DNA of 57,059 nucleotides, filler included, from Trypethelium eluteriae (taxonomy: Eukaryota), in assembly GCA_051942245.1 (NCBI GenBank). It is 2 parts of 2 records of this genome, joined end to end, with 100 filler letters (N's around TTAATTAATTAA, not from the genome) between each part and the next. Parts side by side here need not be neighbours in the genome. Positions count along the whole stretch, not along the records: positions 28,607 to 57,059 come from JAVECL010000311.1; 1 more part is not named here. One strand, 5' to 3'. The notes under the pieces were generated by a model. That model was given only the letters and a program-made list of their open reading frames with translations, made no database searches and had not been told where the DNA came from. Position numbers and translations under genes: made by a program. Shown in pieces: positions 36,701 to 47,952 of the stretch; position 1 is the first letter of the stretch, and every line of letters starts with the position of its first letter.

Positions 36701-37472
36701 AGGTATCGTTTTCATCTCGTACTTCGAAAGTTTGGCCAGCTTCCTCGTCATCCTCATCTTCCCCGAATTCAACAGCGACACCTTGCCGTTCGTCAAGCTC
36801 TTGCTCGTCCATGCCTTCCCCCTCATCCATAGCTTCATCATCATCCTGAACTCCATAGTCGGTAATTTTCTTGCCCAAGTTGACGAGCTCATTGAACTCC
36901 TTAGAGCTCATCGACTGGCCGAAGATATCATCGATTTCCTTCTTCTTGTCGAAGTCTCTTAGATTCTCATCTTTGAGATACTCTAGCACGGCATCTGCCG
37001 CAGACCTCGTGACGTAGCCAGGGACGTCCCCTAAATTCTTGCCACAAATGGTGACTATCAACTCGTAGGCCGATCTTGTCGCTGGCGTCCGTGGCTTGTA
37101 TTTCAAGTCCTCGACTGCAAAATCCACGCCACCCAAGATGCCTGAGCCAGCCATCGTGCCCGATGCATCTCCACCCCTCTTGCGCTTCTTCTGTTCCCGC
37201 TCTAGCACATCCTCGCCTTCTCTGATCGCTCCTCTTTCAACCCCAGGACCCTTTGGTTTTGGCTTCTTTTGCTCCACAGGTGCCACCTCTCGCGCAGTTC
37301 GAGAGCCCATATCTTTGATATTAATGCGGCCAGCGAGGGACTCGGGATCGCCAGTGTTTTCGTCAGTGCGTCGCGTCACGAAGCGGCGGTCCGCCTGGAG
37401 GACCAAATTTGACATTGCCGCATATTTGAACTGGGCGAGATTGTTCTCGGGTTTATCTTGTTTTTGCGCCAT
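30732..37472 (-). CDS. BRR2: U5 snRNP 200-kDa Ski2-like RNA helicase, single exon, 2246 aa
   Basis: N-terminal MSNLVLQADRRF..TGDPESL; two helicase cassettes (APTGSGKT/DEIH/SAT and APTGSGKT/DELH), each followed by a Sec63 unit ending ..WILV.. or ..WWLVVG..SDSYVG. Confidence 0.98.
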   Translation of the reverse strand: MAQKQDKPENNLAQFKYAAMSNLVLQADRRFVTRRTDENTGDPESLAGRINIKDMGSRTAREVAPVEQKKPKPKGPGVERGAIREGEDVLEREQKKRKRGGDASGTMAGSGILGGVDFAVEDLKYKPRTPATRSAYELIVTICGKNLGDVPGYVTRSAADAVLEYLKDENLRDFDKKKEIDDIFGQSMSSKEFNELVNLGKKITDYGVQDDDEAMDEGEGMDEQELDERQGVAVEFGEDEDDEEAGQTFEVRDENDTSDEEDDDVDGTKEQNAPAESEDADGAPGDVQGDGELVIETGIRDDTSTKKRDTKTVPAHVIDAFWLQRQIGRIYEDPHTQQERTQEVLQLLSGVSEDGEEKQLREIENDLMELFDYEHHELVEMLVQNRDKIVWVTRWRKAAEDDAARTAIEREMIAEGHRNILSELRTREEGPTTGDQQPAGKKMKLDLMDIDVPRQTNDTEMANSGQDGALRGGLQPKRLINLENLIFDQGNHLMTNPNVKLPAGTVKHPRKGYDEIHVPAPKAKRDANEPKNMPTSDLPEWARIGFGSSKELNRIQTKCFPTAFEDDGNMLICAPTGSGKTNVAMLTMLREIGKHRDPQTGAIDLDAFKIIYIAPLKALVQEQVGNFGKRLEPYGIRVSELTGDRQLTKQQIADTQIIVTTPEKWDVITRKATDMSYTNLVRLICIDEIHLLHDDRGPVLESIVSRTIRKIEQTGDPVRLVGLSATLPNYRDVASFLRVDPIKGLFHFDGSFRPCPLRQEFIGVNDKKPIKQLKIMNDVCYEKVMDQVGKQRNQMLIFVHSRKETAKTAKYIRDKALEMETIGQILRSDAASREILTEEANGVSNPDLKDVMPYGFGIHHAGMSRADRSAVEDLFADGQLQVLVCTATLAWGVNLPAHTVIIKGTQVYSPEKGNWVELSPQDVLQMLGRAGRPQYDTFGEGIIITTQSEMQYYLSLMNQQLPIESQFVSKLADNLNAEIVLGNVRSRDEAVEWLGYTYLFVRMLRSPGLYSVGADYENDNALEQKRVDLIHSAATVLEKSHLVKYDKRSGKLTSTELGRIASHYYITYNSMLTYNDHIQPSITPIELFRVFALSEEFRYIPVRQDEKLELAKLLGRVPIPVKESIEEAPAKINVLLQAYISRLKLDGLALMADLVYVTQSAGRILRAIFEISLKKSWGVAKTALDLCKMAEKRMWPTMTPLRQFASCPRDVINKVEKMDVNWSSYFDLDPPRMSELIGMPKAGKTVCALVQKFPRLEVQAQAQPMTRSMLRFELTITPNFEWDDEIHGSAESFWILVEDCDGEEILFHDQFLLRREYAISEANEHLVEFTVPITEPMPPNYFITVISDRWMHSETKIAVSFQRLILPEKFPPHTQLHDLQPLPVSALKRPEYEKLYPDWDRFNKMQTQVFNSLFMTDDNVFVGAPTGSGKTVCAEFALLRHWARPAAEQGLAVYIAPFQELVDLRLKEWTTRLAHLGGDKKILKLAGETTADLRLLAEADLVLATPPQWDVISRSWQRRKAIQNVQLLIADELHMLGAQNGFVYEAIVSRMQSMVLQIESNLRVVGLSVSLANARDIGEWIGASKHNIFNFSPNIRPIPLELHVQSFTIPHFPSLMLAMAKPAYQSLLQLSPNDPSMIFLPSRKQVRATATDILNACVASDDEDRFLNASVDEMAPVLERINERALADSLTHGIGYFHEALDAFDKRAVEHFFRVGAIQVLLVSRDSCWEINVNAHLVIVMGTQFFEGREHRYIDYAIAEVLQMFGKAGRPGEDKSSKGVLMVPQVRGEYYKKFLKEALPIESQLQTYLHDAFVAEISTKQIASSQDALDFLTFTYFYRRLLSNPAFYGLSDTSHDGLSSHLSELVETTLKDLVEAKMIEFDEEESEVTPLNPAMIAAYYNISFITMQTFLLSLTPRTKLKGILEIVTAASEFEALQIRRHEDGILRRVYSRCPVKKAEGDSSENESFESPDLKAFVLLQAHFSRMQLPVDLAKDTDFILSRVLGLLSACVDVLSSDGHLNALSAMELSQMCVQAMWDRDSPLKQIPHFDEPRVLEVARKAGIKDVFDFMDAMDPEAEGYKGLVKALGLSNRQLADAAKFTNEKYPNLELKFEVEEEEDGAKAGEPVTLSVTVERALEEDEEVNTEVHAPFFPGKKTENWWLVVGEEKTKSLLAIKRITLGRTLETKLQFTPPEMGKREFTLYLMSDSYVGVDQAPTFELDVQEGEEEEDDDDDDEGEEAEDAMEE

Positions 37473-37909
37473 CTTGGACAGTCTGAACGCGCGCTGCGCT
37501 TCGAAAAAATATGCAAATTGGTGAAGGGCACTCCCAGTACTATGTGGCGAGGCTCATCAGATGAATGAGGGTGTTGATTTAAGTGAGCGTGACTCATCCA
37601 GGAATCTGAGAGAGAAACCAGCCGTGTCTGAAGCAATTTCTTATAGTTAGAAATTCTGCAGCAGGGCGTGGGTGGCGAGGTGACTGTAACTCCCGAGTGG
37701 AAGTGAAGGTGATAAAATTGATCCCATCGCTCAATGAAGCTTAGGGTGATCTTAACATGCGGCTCAAATCTTCGCCGCAACTTTTCGAGAACCCCACCCC
37801 ACGCTGCCACTATCGCCACTTTCTTCACGTTACTACTGATGCACTGTGCAGCTTCATCAATTGGAGAATATAGTTTCGAGGCTTTCAGGCTTATCTGAAG
37901 CCATATACA

Positions 37910-38646
37910 ATGGAGGAAGAACTCAAGGACAATGCAAACCCTACTATTCTCCAGCTTTCCGATCTTCCCTCCCGCCGGCGTGATGAACCGAGCAAGAAGC
38001 GCGACGCTGCGCGTGCGATGTTATTCGAAGACCTTGTTCCTTCCTATCCAGATCCCTTCAGCAGTGGTCTGCCATCGCCAACTAGCTCTGAAGAAGATGC
38101 AAAAGTTTACCCAAGCGATGACGTGGAGGAAATCGATGAACAAGAAATCTATGGTAGGTCCTGATTTGTTATTTCGACGCCTTTTATATCCGCTCACAGA
38201 AGACATGCAATCCAAGAAAAAAGAAAGAAAAAAAATAACAAAAAACTTAGAGCACTCAGCTGACAATGTGATTAGATCTGATTGCGCATGTCTCTGATCC
38301 TGAGCATCCGCTTACATTAGGTCAACTCGCTGTTGTGAATCTCCCTGACATCTCCATCCAGTCGTCCGCAGCGCCTTCAAAGTCACGCATCACGACCGCG
38401 CGTGTGCTACTCACTCCAACTATATCACATTGCTCTCTTGCAACTGTTATCGGTTTAGGAGTGAGGGTTCGGCTAGAGCAAGCGCTCCCTCCTCGCTTCA
38501 GGGTCGATGTCAGGATCAAAGAGGGCACACACAGCACTGCAGACGCAGTCAACAAACAGCTTGGCGACAAGGAGCGTGTTGCTGCTGCTTTGGAAAATAG
38601 AAATCTTATGGGCGTCATCGGCAAGATGCTGGAAGGGTGCACATGA
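37910..38646 (+). CDS. CIA2: Cytosolic Fe-S assembly component CIA2/MIP18 (FAM96B); intron 38154-38275
   Basis: DNANPTI, EIYDLI..SDPEHPLTLGQLAVV, TPTISHCSLATVIGL and VNKQLGDKERVAAALEN motifs. Confidence 0.95.
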
Positions 38647-40336
38647 TTGCAAACCCGGCGCTGCTACTACCCTTTCATCCGAGGCTTCTACGCTCAAATC
38701 ACGATACCCTATCCAACTGGTAGATGTCAATGGCTGCGAACGAATATGCCTGAACAAGTCTATCGGGTCCAGTCAAAACTGCTCAAAGGTTGTATCGACA
38801 TGGTACTCCAACTCTATAACCGAGAGCTCGAAATCAGCAGCGTCCCTATCATTTTGCCTGATAATATCTACAGTGCCTTCAGTCTGGCCGATGGGCATTT
38901 CTCAACGCTCTAGCTCTTTGCATTAAATGCTGGAGTATGACTAAGCAACCTCTTCGCGCTTGCCGGAGGCCCGGGCACGTTCATAATCAAGGTATACTAT
39001 GGATGCAGGGCCTTAATAATGATTCTGTGGCGCGGGAACACTCAACCTCCAAGAAACAGAGAGGCCTGGGGCAGGCAGAAATATAAGCACACCTTCTGAT
39101 AGCTGTCAAACCAGCAGAGCGCAAGGCGGGACGGGGATCGGTCTGACAATTCCTATAAATGCCTGATCTTGGCTCTCTGTCAATAATTCGTTGTGAAATA
39201 CTTTGGTGCCACAGAAAGATGTCAAAGAGCTAAGTACGATAGCTACATCATTTCGATTCAGAACAGCTCCAATGGGAAACCGTCCCCAAATCCAGGGCGT
39301 TGCCATCAGATCGCCCACATGACGGTTAGTTTTGTCTTCAAACTCTTTAGTCTAGCAACTCTTTGCTATTCCACTCTATCGGCAGCATACCTTACGTATA
39401 TTGTGCTTCATATCGTAAGACGAGAGTTGGTACTACTCGTGATTAAGTGCGCATACCAGTTAATCAAGAAACCATGCCTCCTTGAAGCGACGCATACCAT
39501 GACTAGTTGAGCAGTAAACAGGTCTCTCAGTAGGTTAATCAAGACTTTGGAGAACTCATTTTAGAATCGGTGGTTTCCGTAGGACTTTGAATGTGCTCCA
39601 CAAATTCCTCATTAAACTGTGCAACCTATGCCAAAAAGGGAATAGACAGCAGTATAAGCTATAGATAACCTGGTTAGTGCACTTGGTCGCTACCTTATAT
39701 CTGTCTTGCCTCAAGTACAGTAGTCCATCATGAAGCGCTGGCCCGCTGGGTCCAAACTCCAGTGGCCGCCTCAACTGACTTTGCTACTCATGACTACTGA
39801 CTGATAGGAGTGCTACTGAAGTGACCCAGTCGTCGACAGCATTGACTAGCACGGAGTTCGCCAACGACAAGGCCCGTGACTTGACGCACAAACCTTGCGT
39901 TTCATCGTTCAGTAGCAAAGCAGCGTAGTGGGACCGTGGGTACATCTATCAATGGAAGCTGATTGTGAAACGAACAGATGATTCATCTTGCCTAGTACCA
40001 TTTCGAGCAAGGCTCTCTGGCCCCTGCTGCGAAGATGACCCGATGGTTAGAAATCATACTGTTCTAGACATATTCAACTGAGTGTCAAGTATCCTGATAA
40101 GATTCCGTCTGGATTATTCATATGTGCCACGGTGCGGGATATCATGCACAGGGGAGCTTAAGCTTTCAAGCGCCACCTACGTTCGTGGAAAGAAGGCTTA
40201 TCATTGAGATATAAGAGTAAGGCTTCATGCCCATTAAAAGTCACAATCATCTCATTGTTTTCCGTTTCATCAGCCAAGACTGCTTCTGCTCCCTATAATC
40301 ACTGAGCAAAGATCAAAAAGGCCTTTATCACCAAAT

Positions 40337-40802
40337 ATGGCCTCCCCAGCCGTGCTTATGTTGGGCATTGATCTTCACGCCACCAAAGCTACTGGCGGTC
40401 GAGACATGAGCTTTTTCATATCCGCAGTTGACGCCTCTGCAAAGGCTGTGACAGAGGCCGGCTATGAACTGAAGAGGCTAGACGTCACACCCGATAATGG
40501 GACGGATTTGCTTCAGAAGGCATTGGCGGAACGTGAGTGGGACACTGTCATGGTTGGGGTAAGTTTCCCCCTACGAAGAATGGATTGAAGAAACCCCCTA
40601 CAGATGCTTCAAAAGAGCTCACGAATACATCCTGATGCTAAGATAAATGTGATAGGGAGGGATGCGTCTCAACCCAGCAATGACCGAGCTATTCGAGCAA
40701 TTGTTGAATATGGTGCATTACGCACTTCCCGGGAAGCCGATTTGCTTCAGTAGCGGGCCTGACACAATTTTGGAGGCTATCCAAAGAGCTTGTCCAACGT
40801 GA
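40337..40802 (+). CDS. Small alpha/beta protein (~122 aa), unknown function; exons 40337-40558, 40656-40802
   Basis: Phase-0 intron GTAAGT..GCTAAG..TAG gives WDTVMVGGGMRL..LFEQLLNMVH..PICFSSGPDTILEAIQR*. TATA-like TATAA upstream. Confidence 0.75.
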
Positions 40803-41479
40803 ATGGTTACTGCCAAACACGGAGGACATCGCAAAGAAAGGCGACTCATTGAGGCCCTTCTACCTCAATAACTCAAAGAAATGTAGTCACTCCCTAAATG
40901 CAGGTTCTACATGGTACATCTCATAATCACGGCCACTGAAGTAGACGTAGCTTGAAGCCAGTCAATAATGTTCCTATCCTACCCTCGCCCTTCAGCTGTC
41001 TCCCCACCTTTCTCAGCGACCTGTTCCAGTCCTAGATACAGAATTACTGCCTCCCCACATTCTCCTCATCCCCAGACGCAATACCCTCCCGCTCACTCCT
41101 TCGCTCATATTCATCAGTATCAAAGAAAACAAATTCGCCGTGTAGTAAAAGTACACATTACGGGCCGAGGTATCAAGGCAACAAATCGTGCGAGACAGGC
41201 CAGGTCTCAAGCTCAGAGAAGAAGATGATGATGAGAAACCCAAATCCGCAGAAGAGCCATATGCCGCAAAGCTGTCCAGATATATGGACAAAAGGAAAGC
41301 CAGGCAAAGGAAAACAAGCAGAAGTGAGATTGCAATGATGTTGAGAAGAGGATAAGGTATGTAGAAAGGCAATTCGGCGAACGCTCATGAACGCCTATTC
41401 CCATGCAAAGTAGCGAGTGGCCCTGGTGGTGCTGCACTCTAAGGAAGGCGAGAAAATCAATGTCAAGAAAAAGAAAAAA

Positions 41480-41519
41480 TCGGTGTTCGGTGCTCGGCAT
41501 TCGGTGTTCGGTGTTCGTG
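41480..41519. repeat. 7-bp minisatellite (TCGGTGT)~5.5
   Basis: TCGGTGT TCGGTGC TCGGCAT TCGGTGT TCGGTGT TCGTG, downstream of the RAX2 stop. Confidence 0.8.
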
Positions 41520-41782
41520 ACAGCTCGTTATCCGGCATTTTCGTTTTCATGTCCAGTAGGACGGACAGCGCAGTCCAGGTCGACAAGTCAGTATAGCGAG
41601 ATGCGCGAATGTATAAAGCGCCCCTTATTTTTCTCCGTCGTCAGCAACTTAATAGTCTCTCGTCCAGGAAGCGTGCTGGCCATAGATGACCATAAGACCT
41701 TTTCACACGAGCTCATCTCAAAAGTCCAGATAAGGACAGTCAGAGTCCAAAGGAGCGAATGATCCCCCACGCTCTTGACCCC

Positions 41783-44700
41783 TCATAGCCTCGGGCTCCC
41801 CTCTCCAATCTTCTCCCCTCCCAGTGACCCAAACAGATGCTCCGGCGGCACCCTCTCCATATTGTTATTCCGACTCAGGATACTTCCCGTACTAATCGGG
41901 ACGTACCCCTCTCTTCGCCTCCTGTACCTCTCCACCAGGATGCCCGCGACGACAATCAAGAAGATGAGTGCGAGCGCAATCGCCAGCCCAATGAGCACTA
42001 CGAAGCCAACCGCAAGGTGGTGCACACCGCCCTGAAACAAGCCCGACGGGTTCTCGACGAACGCAGCACGTAGCGTGCCTGCGCCGCCGTCCATCGTGTT
42101 ACTGAGCAAGAATGGGGTGAACGTGCTGCCGTCAAAAAGCGCGGCGCTCGCGTTGCCGAAGCCAGGGAGCTGGAGTTGGCCGGTGAGGAGGAGGACTTGG
42201 TTTTCGGCGAGGAGAGAGCTGGAACCATGGTTTTGGGTCGTGCTTAGGACTTGAAGGTCGTAGATGGTAGATGTCCCGAGAGAAGGGGAGACGGTCTGCC
42301 AGGTGGTGCCGTCGTATTTTGAAAGGTAGCTCGGCGACGATGCTTGGAGGGATTTATTTTTGCCAGCGGCCCAGAGGGTGTTGTAGCTAGAGTCTCCTGC
42401 CGTAACTGTGGTGACGGGTCCCGGGAGGGTATCGGCGCCGTTGAAGACAGTATACGTTTGTGCTTGAGCGTCATAGGTTGCGATTTGGGTGGAATTTCCG
42501 CCTAGCGTCAGATTGCCCGAGACGAACAACTTGTTTCCATCGGCCCACATCAAACCCGTGACCTCACCGGAAAGAGTTTGACCAGGCCTCGTCCATTGGC
42601 TCCGAGAGGTGTCGTAGGCACAGAGTGCGGGACAGGGAAAGGACCCAGCGTTAGTGAAGACGCCGCCTATATACACTGAGGCGGAACTGGGTTGTGGGGC
42701 GATGGCATTGACAGCAACATTCGAGCCAGCTAAGGTAGGCGGTTGTGGTTGAACGTATGCTGCAGTCGATAAATCGTACACGACCAGGCCGTTAATGTCA
42801 TCGTTGTTAATACGTCCTGTGATTGTGCCACCAGCAAAAAGGGAAGTACCTGTGGTTCCGAGAGCAAGAAAAGTTGAGGACGAATCAATAGAAGGTAGAA
42901 GCCCTGTGACGGCGTCTGAGGCACTGCCATTGACGAAGATGAGGTTGGAGATGGGAGGACCAGATGACGAACGTGCTGCGAAGTGGCCACCAATGATTGA
43001 GATATTGAGATTAGATTCGGTATAGAAAAGACCCGTTGTAGCGCCGTTCACGTCAGCGCCAGGAAGATCGCCAACAACCCGTTTGTGGATGGAAGTAGCA
43101 TTCGTAGAGTTACTGGAATTCGAAGGAGACGGAGGTGCGAAGGAGGGTGGCGCTCGTTGGATATTTGGACCACTGGAACCAACTTGCTGGACAGCGAGGC
43201 CATTGGAGCTTGATAGTCCGATAGCATCGCTGGCACCAACGGTGCCGGATGAAATGGACCCGGCTAGCAACGGTGGGTTGCCTGGAACGCCAGTTTGGGT
43301 GACAAGTTGGCCGGTGACAGCCATTGTAGTAATATCGAGGTTGTTCAGCCAGTTCTGGCGCGATGGAACCCATATAGCAAAGTTATCCGCTGAGAAAGAC
43401 GCATTACTAACGAAACCGTTGACTTGGTTGAAGAAACCGCTGATGGTAATAGCAGTCTCGGGCTGATTGGCTGTAATGTTGAGCTGTATAGGAACCACCT
43501 GCAAGACGATGCCATTGACACCAGCTCCGAGAGGTTGCCAAGCGTTAGAAGAGGTATCAAAAGCTGCCACGCCATTCAACCCTTTGATCGAATTATCTTG
43601 AGTGCTTGTGAAGTTACCACCAACATATAGAGTGTTCCCGTCAGCGTAGATGTCTTGAACGCCCGAATTCAGACCACCACCAGGCAAAGGGGTGGCACTG
43701 TTTCCGATGGAGAAAATATTGCTGATATTGCTTGACGAGAACTCGCCACCGACAAATATGTTGTTGCCAACGACAATAAGCGAGTTCACCTGAGCCCCAG
43801 GATCCAACTGCATACCAGCACTATCGATCATTGAATTGGAAAAGTCTGTATCGACAGTAGCCTGGTTTGGGTTATACTCGAATAAGCCATTGAGACCACC
43901 AGTAGAGTTGAGCAGCTCGAACCGCACACGCTGAGCCACGATAGTAAGAGGACCTTTTTGATTCGCAGCGGGTGTAAGGGTAACACTGGGACGAAACGAC
44001 CCACTGTCCGCATCTACGTAGCCGTAGTAGATTTGGTCGTACTTGTCAAAATTGTTTGTCTGAAAGAGCGTCGTAGAGATGGGCGCAGAAGCAGTTCCCG
44101 TTCCTGGGGAGTTTCCCATAATACCCGTAAGATTGACCTCTCCTCTCGTGCTGCATGTGTTGTCTCCAATACATCCCGGCGTATACACAGTCACAGAATA
44201 GTTTCCTGATTGTTTGATGTCCGGAAAAAAGGTCACGGCGGCAGAGTCAGGATTGACAGGTGAACCTTGTAGTTGGGCCGTCAAATAAGCTGAGGTACTT
44301 GTACCCGAAGGAGCCTGAGTCCATGGTCCAGTTGAGGTGGAATTCGCCCCGTTACTGACATCGTCGCAAACAGGTTCATTGAAGGAGCTGATAGCGAAAG
44401 CGTAGATGTCTGCGAAAGTTAGACAGTGAAAGCAGCGAGAAATGAATAAAGTACGTACCATCTTGAAACAGTTCAATTCCACTGAGTCCTCCGCCGCTGC
44501 CATACCAAGCCGATATATCAATGCGGAACCCATTCATCCCAACGACGTTGACAAAATGGAAATCTTGAGCACTTTGATTGTTTGCTGGTAATGGACATGT
44601 CGCATCGCAAAATGCCTGGGCCCCCGACTTTGGATCTGTGTACGTCATGTTCATGATTCCACCACTGCTGAGGTCCGTAAAACGCCAAGTTTGGGTTCCC

Positions 44701-45605
44701 CGACCATCTACTTTTGTATTGTATAGTCGCAACTTGGTAGGGTTGAAACCGAACCCAAACTCTGCTTGCCAAGACCCAGGGGTATTATCTGCAAGGAGAA
44801 ACGTATTACCAGACCCGTCTTGGTCGCCGGTCTTACAAATGATGTTGTGGGGGTCGCTGAAACCAGTGGTAGTCGAGGGATTACCCGCTGTAACGTCACC
44901 AGAACCAAGGTTCACCACTTGACCGTCAGGCTTGTCCGGAGTCGTCGTATTACCAAGACCATCGAATGCACCTCCAAATATAATGTTACCTGATGGAGCC
45001 ATCGTTATCGACGTGACAGGTCCATTGAATCCCGCAAATGGCAAATTTGTCCAACCGGTGACCCAAGCGATGGCATTTGAAGAGTTCCCACCAACGAAAG
45101 ATCCTCCCACATATACTGTTGCCGACTTCTGATCGCAATAGAGACTGTTGACCTTCCCCGAAAGACCAGGTAGAGGCGTGATCTGAGAATTGTTCGGGTT
45201 GAAAAGCGCGATGCTTTGAGCCTCGGTATTCCCCAGACTCGTGAAATTACCACCCACCACCACTCCGTTCAAGGCACCATCGGTAGCCAAGAACGGACAC
45301 ATGGTCATAATGGTAGCATCTGCCTGTGCCAATGTGTCGAAGTCGCCATTGGGAAATGTCGTGAGCAACGCGGTACTACCGTTCGTGCTGAATGCATTTT
45401 GATTTTGACCCTGGAATTGGTAGAGCGATATCGAATCAAAGTCTCCGGCGAGCGCGACGCGACCGAGTTTCGAAAGGTCAAGGTTCGGCGACGGTATGGG
45501 ATTGAATGTTATGGCGGTTGCGCTGGGGAGGGCGCAGAGCGAGGCGAAGAGGAAGATCAAAGCGTCGCCGACCGTCGAGCTTCGCGATGAGGAGAAGCAC
45601 CTCAT
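41783..45605 (-). CDS. RAX2: Cortical polarity landmark protein Rax2; intron 44410-44458
   Basis: Signal peptide, LDLSKLGRVALAGDFD, FNPTKLRLYNT, YTPGC..C..RG, repeated YVGG.F beta-propeller-like units and a C-terminal TM (GFVVLIGLAIALAL..) followed by RRRREGY. Confidence 0.93.
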
Positions 45606-46699
45606 GGCCGAAGCCACGGTGACGGTGAACAATCGCAGTAGGACTCCCGTGCCAGAATGGCAGCCGGATGAGCTTGCTGGATATTCCGAGGGGGGAAATT
45701 AATTATTAACGAAGGTCGTCGGTGGTGATGAATTACAAAGAGGAGAGGAGGGTCAGGTAGGGCATGACGTGCGGGAGCGTCGAAGAATTCAGGAACTGTA
45801 CTGAGGCGTCAGCCAGACTGCATTAGTCCGGAACAGTCTCGGATCCTTACTCGTCGAGCGGAAGTCAGGATGGCGGCGTGGTGTTGTGATTGGACGCAGC
45901 TGAGACGGTGCAATGAAAGCTCAATGCGAGCTCTAATCTAGGTGGAACTGCTGATTGGCACCTTTCAAGGAGTGACTGAGGTGAGGATCAAAAGTAAAGA
46001 GGGACTGTGACGGCAAGAGAGTGTCTACGGATCAACAAGCCACAGACAAAGAGTATTGGAGAGGTGCAGTAGCCTGAGTAATAGCCCGTAGTTGAGCCTT
46101 CTCCTGGGTGCGACGGACAGAATGTATGGCAGGGCGTCCCGGTGAAGGGAAGTCCAGGGGACTGGAATGTTGATGCTGGCTTTTCCCGTCCCAAAACACA
46201 AAGCCCGCACTGATCAACAGGATTGGTCCAGAAACGAGCCCCGGCCGATATTACAAGCATTGATATCCATAAGAAGCCCGCCGAGGCGCCTTCGTGGTGA
46301 TACTATTCGCCAGCTGGCTAGCCAAGAATTCGCGAGATTGCGTGTAGCCCTAGCGTGGCTCGAAACGCGTGCTAGTAGTGTGCTGCTCCACGCCTATCGA
46401 CCACTTCCACCTCCTTACACCGGCAACACGGATCACCCTGTCCATGTGCATCTACAAAGCAAACACTGGGTTGCAAAGGGCATTGTTCAATTCAGGAGAC
46501 ATCCATCCTTGCTTCGTGAAAGCTGAGCCTCTAAAGCTTCGTACCTGCAAGGAAGATGCACAGCAAAAATTCATGCGTTATCGTCCAGCCGTAGTGCCCC
46601 TTTCCCACAATCTTCCATCTTCGGACTGCTGCTAGCGTAAGAATCATGATTCCCATCCCGTCGTATTTCCATCTCTCGTCAGATCGTGTTTCATCTTGT

Positions 46700-47952
46700 C
46701 TAGAGGTCGTTGTAGCTGCCAAGTGTCAGCATCATTTTCCAAATCTTGAGGAGGGAAAGTTTCTCGGTTGCGCCATACCCGATAAACCTCTTCTCCAAAT
46801 CCTTATCTGCAACAGTCCAGGCCCATGCCCTTCCAGCCTCTCCGCAGTACAGTGACGATGGATCATCGGACTTCTCCATCATATTGTCCTTTTCCATTGC
46901 CTTGATCTCGTGACCGGTTGTATACGTAAGAAAGTGCTCAAATTTCTCGTCTTCCAGTGCTAGAGCATTTCCTGAAATGCCGTGACACAGACAAGGCTCC
47001 TTGGTCAAGAGTCCACGCTCCAGAATTGCTTCTCGACCCTTCCTGATCGCGCGGTCAATCTTGTCCCGCAAGTTAGGAAAATGTTCTCGGATGGAAAGGA
47101 GCGATGAGACGACACCCGGCGCACCATGGCAGAACTGAACTAGTCTGTCCTTCCCGGGTGGGATTGACGAAGGCCAGTTTCCGCCGTCATATTGATAGCT
47201 CAACAGTGCTCCAAGATCTGCCTCGAGTTTCGGCGCCATCTCAGGGTCGGTGAGCACAACTTGGGTGATGATTCCAATGCTACCATGTACGGCTCCCAAG
47301 TACGCTTTGCCGTGCCACTTCCATGGTCGTGGAGAATCCATAATTGCGTCAATAACGTCGTCGGTCGTGTCTTCGATCATGTCGAGTGTTTTCTTGTCAT
47401 CTTGAAATGATGCTTTTACAAGCCGTAGAAGATAGAGGTAGCCTGCGCGTCCATAGAGCCATTCGTTGCCGGCTTCTTCGTCGGCAACAATAGCCGAATA
47501 ATCGCATAGCTCCTTCGCCATGTCCTTGTCCTTCGCAGTTGCAGCGCCAATGGCAAGCATTGCCATGATATCATCGTTAACGCCGCACTTATTGGTACTG
47601 GGCCCTGGATATTCTCTCATATGATCCTAAAAAACTTGTGAGCATCGAAAGTGGCCTCCTAGAAAAACGATGGGCAAATTCGCACCTCTGCTTGCTTCAA
47701 ATAAACGGCTGACCAAGTACCCATGGGATATTCTTCTATGAGGAGGTCGGAGTACATTTGCTGCAAAACCATGAACAGATACGCAATCGAAACTGGCCCA
47801 TAGTAAAGACCGCCACCTGGTGGAATGGTATCGGGTGGATAATTGGTGACTAAGCGAGTCAGAGATGCGATGAGCTGTTTGTGTGGATCACGCCTCGTAA
47901 TGTTGTCTGCGTCGTTTTTGAAGTATTTTGGCCTATGCTGAGTTCCGCTCAT
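46700..47952 (-). CDS. Lanthionine synthetase C-like protein (LanCL); introns 47627-47685 and 46716-46778
   Basis: LYYGP, LYGRAGYL, YLGAVHGSIGI, VQFCHGAPG and CLCHGISGNA: the LanC GxxG repeats with intact Cys/Cys/His zinc ligands. Confidence 0.92.

Noticed and set aside
46700..47952. Lanthipeptide (RiPP) biosynthetic cluster around the LanC-like gene
   Set aside because: No dehydratase/kinase, precursor peptide, protease or transporter nearby; the neighbours are RAX2 and OGG1.
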